From the IMG/VR virus record IMGVR_UViG_3300038393_002953: a DNA stretch of 64,000 bases; one strand, 5' to 3'. A program made the position numbers and the translations under genes. Of this stretch, positions 61,398 to 64,000 are shown one piece after another (position 1 is the first letter of the stretch; every line of letters begins with the position of its first letter). The DNA is from an uncultured virus (IMG/VR IMGVR_UViG_3300038393_002953). Its lineage: Duplodnaviria; Heunggongvirae; Uroviricota; Caudoviricetes. The notes below the pieces were generated by a model. The model saw only the letters and a list, made by a program, of their open reading frames with translations. It was not told the DNA's origin and ran no database searches.

Positions 61398-64000
61398 ATG
61401 GCAATCAACAAGCCCATCGAGCGGATCCTCCAGGAAGCGGACGGCGGCACCGACGGCCTGTGCGTCCTGTCGCAGATCGTGATCATGCGCTGTGCGAACG
61501 GCCTGGACGACTTCCTGTTCCGCCGCGCGAGCGCCGACTCCTCGCTGACCTTCAAGGGCCGCGCGATCGCCCTCGCCATGGGCGACGCGATCCTGCCGAA
61601 CTGGGACGATCGCGGCTGGCCGATCGACGACGCGAACATCGACGTGATCGACGTCTCGGACTGGGTGACGGGCTACACCCTCGACTACGACATCGAGACG
61701 GCGGCTGCGGGGAGCTGCACGCTCACGGTCGCGAACACCGACATGCTCTTCTCCAAGGAGAACGTGACGATCGACAAGGCGCCCGACGAGCAGCCCTACA
61801 TCCGCGTGATCTCGGGCGACCTGACGCCGCGCAACGCGATCACCGGCAAGCCCGTGATCCACTACCCGGACGGGGTGGGCGAGGATTACGGCTTCAGCTT
61901 CATGCCGAACTACATGTTCGCGAGCCGCTCGACCTGCCAGCCCGATCCTAACCGCTTCGCGCCGCTGTTCCGCGAGAACCACGTCGTGAAGGTCCGCGAG
62001 GCCTACCACAACCCAGACTGGAACGCCGCGCTGCTGCCCGACCCCACGCAGCCGAGCGGGCACCCCAGCCACCAGTACGTCTGGGTCGATCGCTTCCTGG
62101 GCCTGGTCTCCGCGCCCACGCCCAGCAACGCGGAGGGCAAGCCCGCGCTGAACGTGAACTGCCAGGACTTCATGAAGCTCGCGGCCAAGGCCGAGACCCA
62201 GCGCGTCTACGCGCCCCTGATGGTCACGAATGACTGCCGTCTGGACGCCTCCCGGCTGCCCCTGGCGGCGGACAACTCCGACGACTTCGACACCAACAAG
62301 GTCCTCTACGACCCGCGCCGCACCTCGCGATCGCTGAAGGACTTCGCCTACGGCATGCGACCGGTCAACTTCCAGAACGTCAAGGAGGAGGTCCTGGCCT
62401 CGATCGGGCCGGACGGCAAGAGCGCGCTCTCGGTCAACCAGGACTGGAGCCCCGTGCCGGAGCCCCAGATCTTCATGGAGGCGCTCCGCTGCAACGACGA
62501 CGGCACGATCGCGAACCCCACCTCGCCAACGGTCGCGAACGGCGCGATCGTGCGCTGGTACGACTCCTACGAGCCGACCGGCAAGCCCGTGCGCGTGGAT
62601 CGCTGGAACGGCATCGACATGGCGCTGGATCGCTTCTTCGACCCCAACAAGGGCGCGGCGGACCACGCCTTCATCTCGAACTACGGCAACTGGTCGCTCG
62701 TGATCGACACGATGGTGGACATCGCGAACGCCGTGGACGACCCGACCGCGAGCGGTATCGCGCTCTTCGCGCTCTACTGCGAGGGCGGCGTGAAGGTCTA
62801 CTGGGACGGCCAGGAGATCGCGAGCAAACCCGGCGAGACCACGCTCGCGGACTTCGCGAACTTCCTGACCCAGGGCGCGCAACCCCAGCCCGAGCTGGGC
62901 TACCAGGCGTTGCCGACGAACCGCGCGATCGTCCAGCCCGCCGACGACGGCGTGATCGCCTGGACCGCCGACATCGTGCCCAAGGGCGATGACGGCAAGA
63001 GCGTCAAGCTGCACCACCTCAAGATCATCTACCAGTGCGGCTCGCACGTCGGCAACCGAAACATCCTGCGCCTGCGCTGGTGGGGACGGACGGCGGCGCA
63101 GCGCAACGCGTTGATCCAGAACGCCTCGGCGCTGGAGGCCTCGGTGGTCATGCGCACCTACAACGAGGACGCCTCCTCGCCCAGCGCGAAGGAGGGCTGG
63201 GGCTACCGCAACAAGCTCGCCAAGGCGCTGTTCTTCACGAACTCCACGACGCCCCCGACCGGGGTCGAGGCGGCGAACCAGCGCATCGGCGACCTCAAGG
63301 CCGCGCAGGTCGAGGAGAACGACTACGAGGATCCGCTCTACCCGGGCGTCAGCAACGACCAGTCCGTGATGTCGGGCGGCACGAACTTCACGATGGCCTC
63401 GAACGCCTTCGTCTCGGCGCTGAACTACATCATCCAGAAGACCGACGAGTCCGCTCCGGGATCGTTCATCGGCTGGGCGCAGGACGCCGACGCGCCGGAC
63501 CCGCAGTGGCACGACGCGGCGATCGGGCGTCATTACCGCATCCCCCACCTCGGCGAGATCCCGCCCTACGCGGACCTGCTGGTGGCGAGATTGCCGGTGG
63601 AGAAGTCCGACCCCGAGTGGGGCTACAACGCGCTCTACACGCGCGGCGGCATCGAGTTCAACCTGCCCGTGCCATCGCTCGGTCAGCTGATCAGCGGCCC
63701 GGGGGCGGGCTCCTCGCGCCTGTTCCCGGCGGCCAAGTACGTCTACAAGGCGCAGCGCGGCTCGCTGACGGTGGACGACCTGATCTCTGACATTATGATT
63801 GAGGACGCCTTCGGAGTGGACCGCTACACGGGCGCCTTCTCGGACGCCGTGAACGCCTTCAACCCGCCCGCCGAGCTGCCGCTCTACACGCTCATGCGCC
63901 AGGGCTGGTGGGAGCAGCATGCCTCAGGCGGCGCGCTCGTCGCCTACGGCCCGGTGGTCGGTTCCGGAGGCTACGGCACCGACCTGATCGGCGGCGGCGC
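61398..64000 (+). CDS. Large baseplate hub / tail tip protein (partial, runs off right edge)
   Basis: Open high-GC3 frame from MAINKPIERI, absent from the track because it has no stop; DVSDWV..SCTLTVAN..DRFLGLV..VNCQDFMK hub-like pattern; possible PA14-like insert near 62540-63080. Confidence 0.7.
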   Translation, partial: MAINKPIERILQEADGGTDGLCVLSQIVIMRCANGLDDFLFRRASADSSLTFKGRAIALAMGDAILPNWDDRGWPIDDANIDVIDVSDWVTGYTLDYDIETAAAGSCTLTVANTDMLFSKENVTIDKAPDEQPYIRVISGDLTPRNAITGKPVIHYPDGVGEDYGFSFMPNYMFASRSTCQPDPNRFAPLFRENHVVKVREAYHNPDWNAALLPDPTQPSGHPSHQYVWVDRFLGLVSAPTPSNAEGKPALNVNCQDFMKLAAKAETQRVYAPLMVTNDCRLDASRLPLAADNSDDFDTNKVLYDPRRTSRSLKDFAYGMRPVNFQNVKEEVLASIGPDGKSALSVNQDWSPVPEPQIFMEALRCNDDGTIANPTSPTVANGAIVRWYDSYEPTGKPVRVDRWNGIDMALDRFFDPNKGAADHAFISNYGNWSLVIDTMVDIANAVDDPTASGIALFALYCEGGVKVYWDGQEIASKPGETTLADFANFLTQGAQPQPELGYQALPTNRAIVQPADDGVIAWTADIVPKGDDGKSVKLHHLKIIYQCGSHVGNRNILRLRWWGRTAAQRNALIQNASALEASVVMRTYNEDASSPSAKEGWGYRNKLAKALFFTNSTTPPTGVEAANQRIGDLKAAQVEENDYEDPLYPGVSNDQSVMSGGTNFTMASNAFVSALNYIIQKTDESAPGSFIGWAQDADAPDPQWHDAAIGRHYRIPHLGEIPPYADLLVARLPVEKSDPEWGYNALYTRGGIEFNLPVPSLGQLISGPGAGSSRLFPAAKYVYKAQRGSLTVDDLISDIMIEDAFGVDRYTGAFSDAVNAFNPPAELPLYTLMRQGWWEQHASGGALVAYGPVVGSGGYGTDLIGGG

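Noticed and set aside
1..64000. Stop-codon reassignment
   Set aside because: TAG, TGA and TAA all end genes at tight junctions, and long genes are intact under the standard code

Overview
This 64 kb window is part of a large, GC-rich tailed phage genome (roughly two-thirds GC by eye). It looks siphovirus-like: there is a tube and tape measure, and I recognise no sheath. Bases 1-13.7 kb are a minus-strand arm of about 38 small, tightly packed accessory genes driven by TTGACA/TTGACT-N17/18 sigma70-type promoters. From a divergent promoter region at about 13.7-13.8 kb, the plus strand carries the virion module: an HTH regulator, TerS candidate, TerL, portal, fibre-like proteins, protease/scaffold, decoration protein, major capsid, tail tube, frameshifting chaperone, neck genes, a 4685-aa tape measure and an expanded set of baseplate/fibre genes running off the right edge. 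Most notable: (1) two inteins back-to-back with no extein between them in the TerL Walker A motif; (2) a 244-bp IscB/omega-RNA-like non-autonomous IS200/IS605-type element inserted between a stop codon and an ATGAA start, carrying a 26-codon ORF that overlaps the downstream start; (3) a degenerate DNA methyltransferase with a PD-(D/E)xK-like domain inserted; (4) a giant tape measure with a zincin-like HDxxH domain; (5) a putative phage-specific late promoter and a recurring CATAAYG operator-like motif; (6) apparent restriction-site avoidance. All product calls come from motif recognition and gene order by eye. No searches were run.
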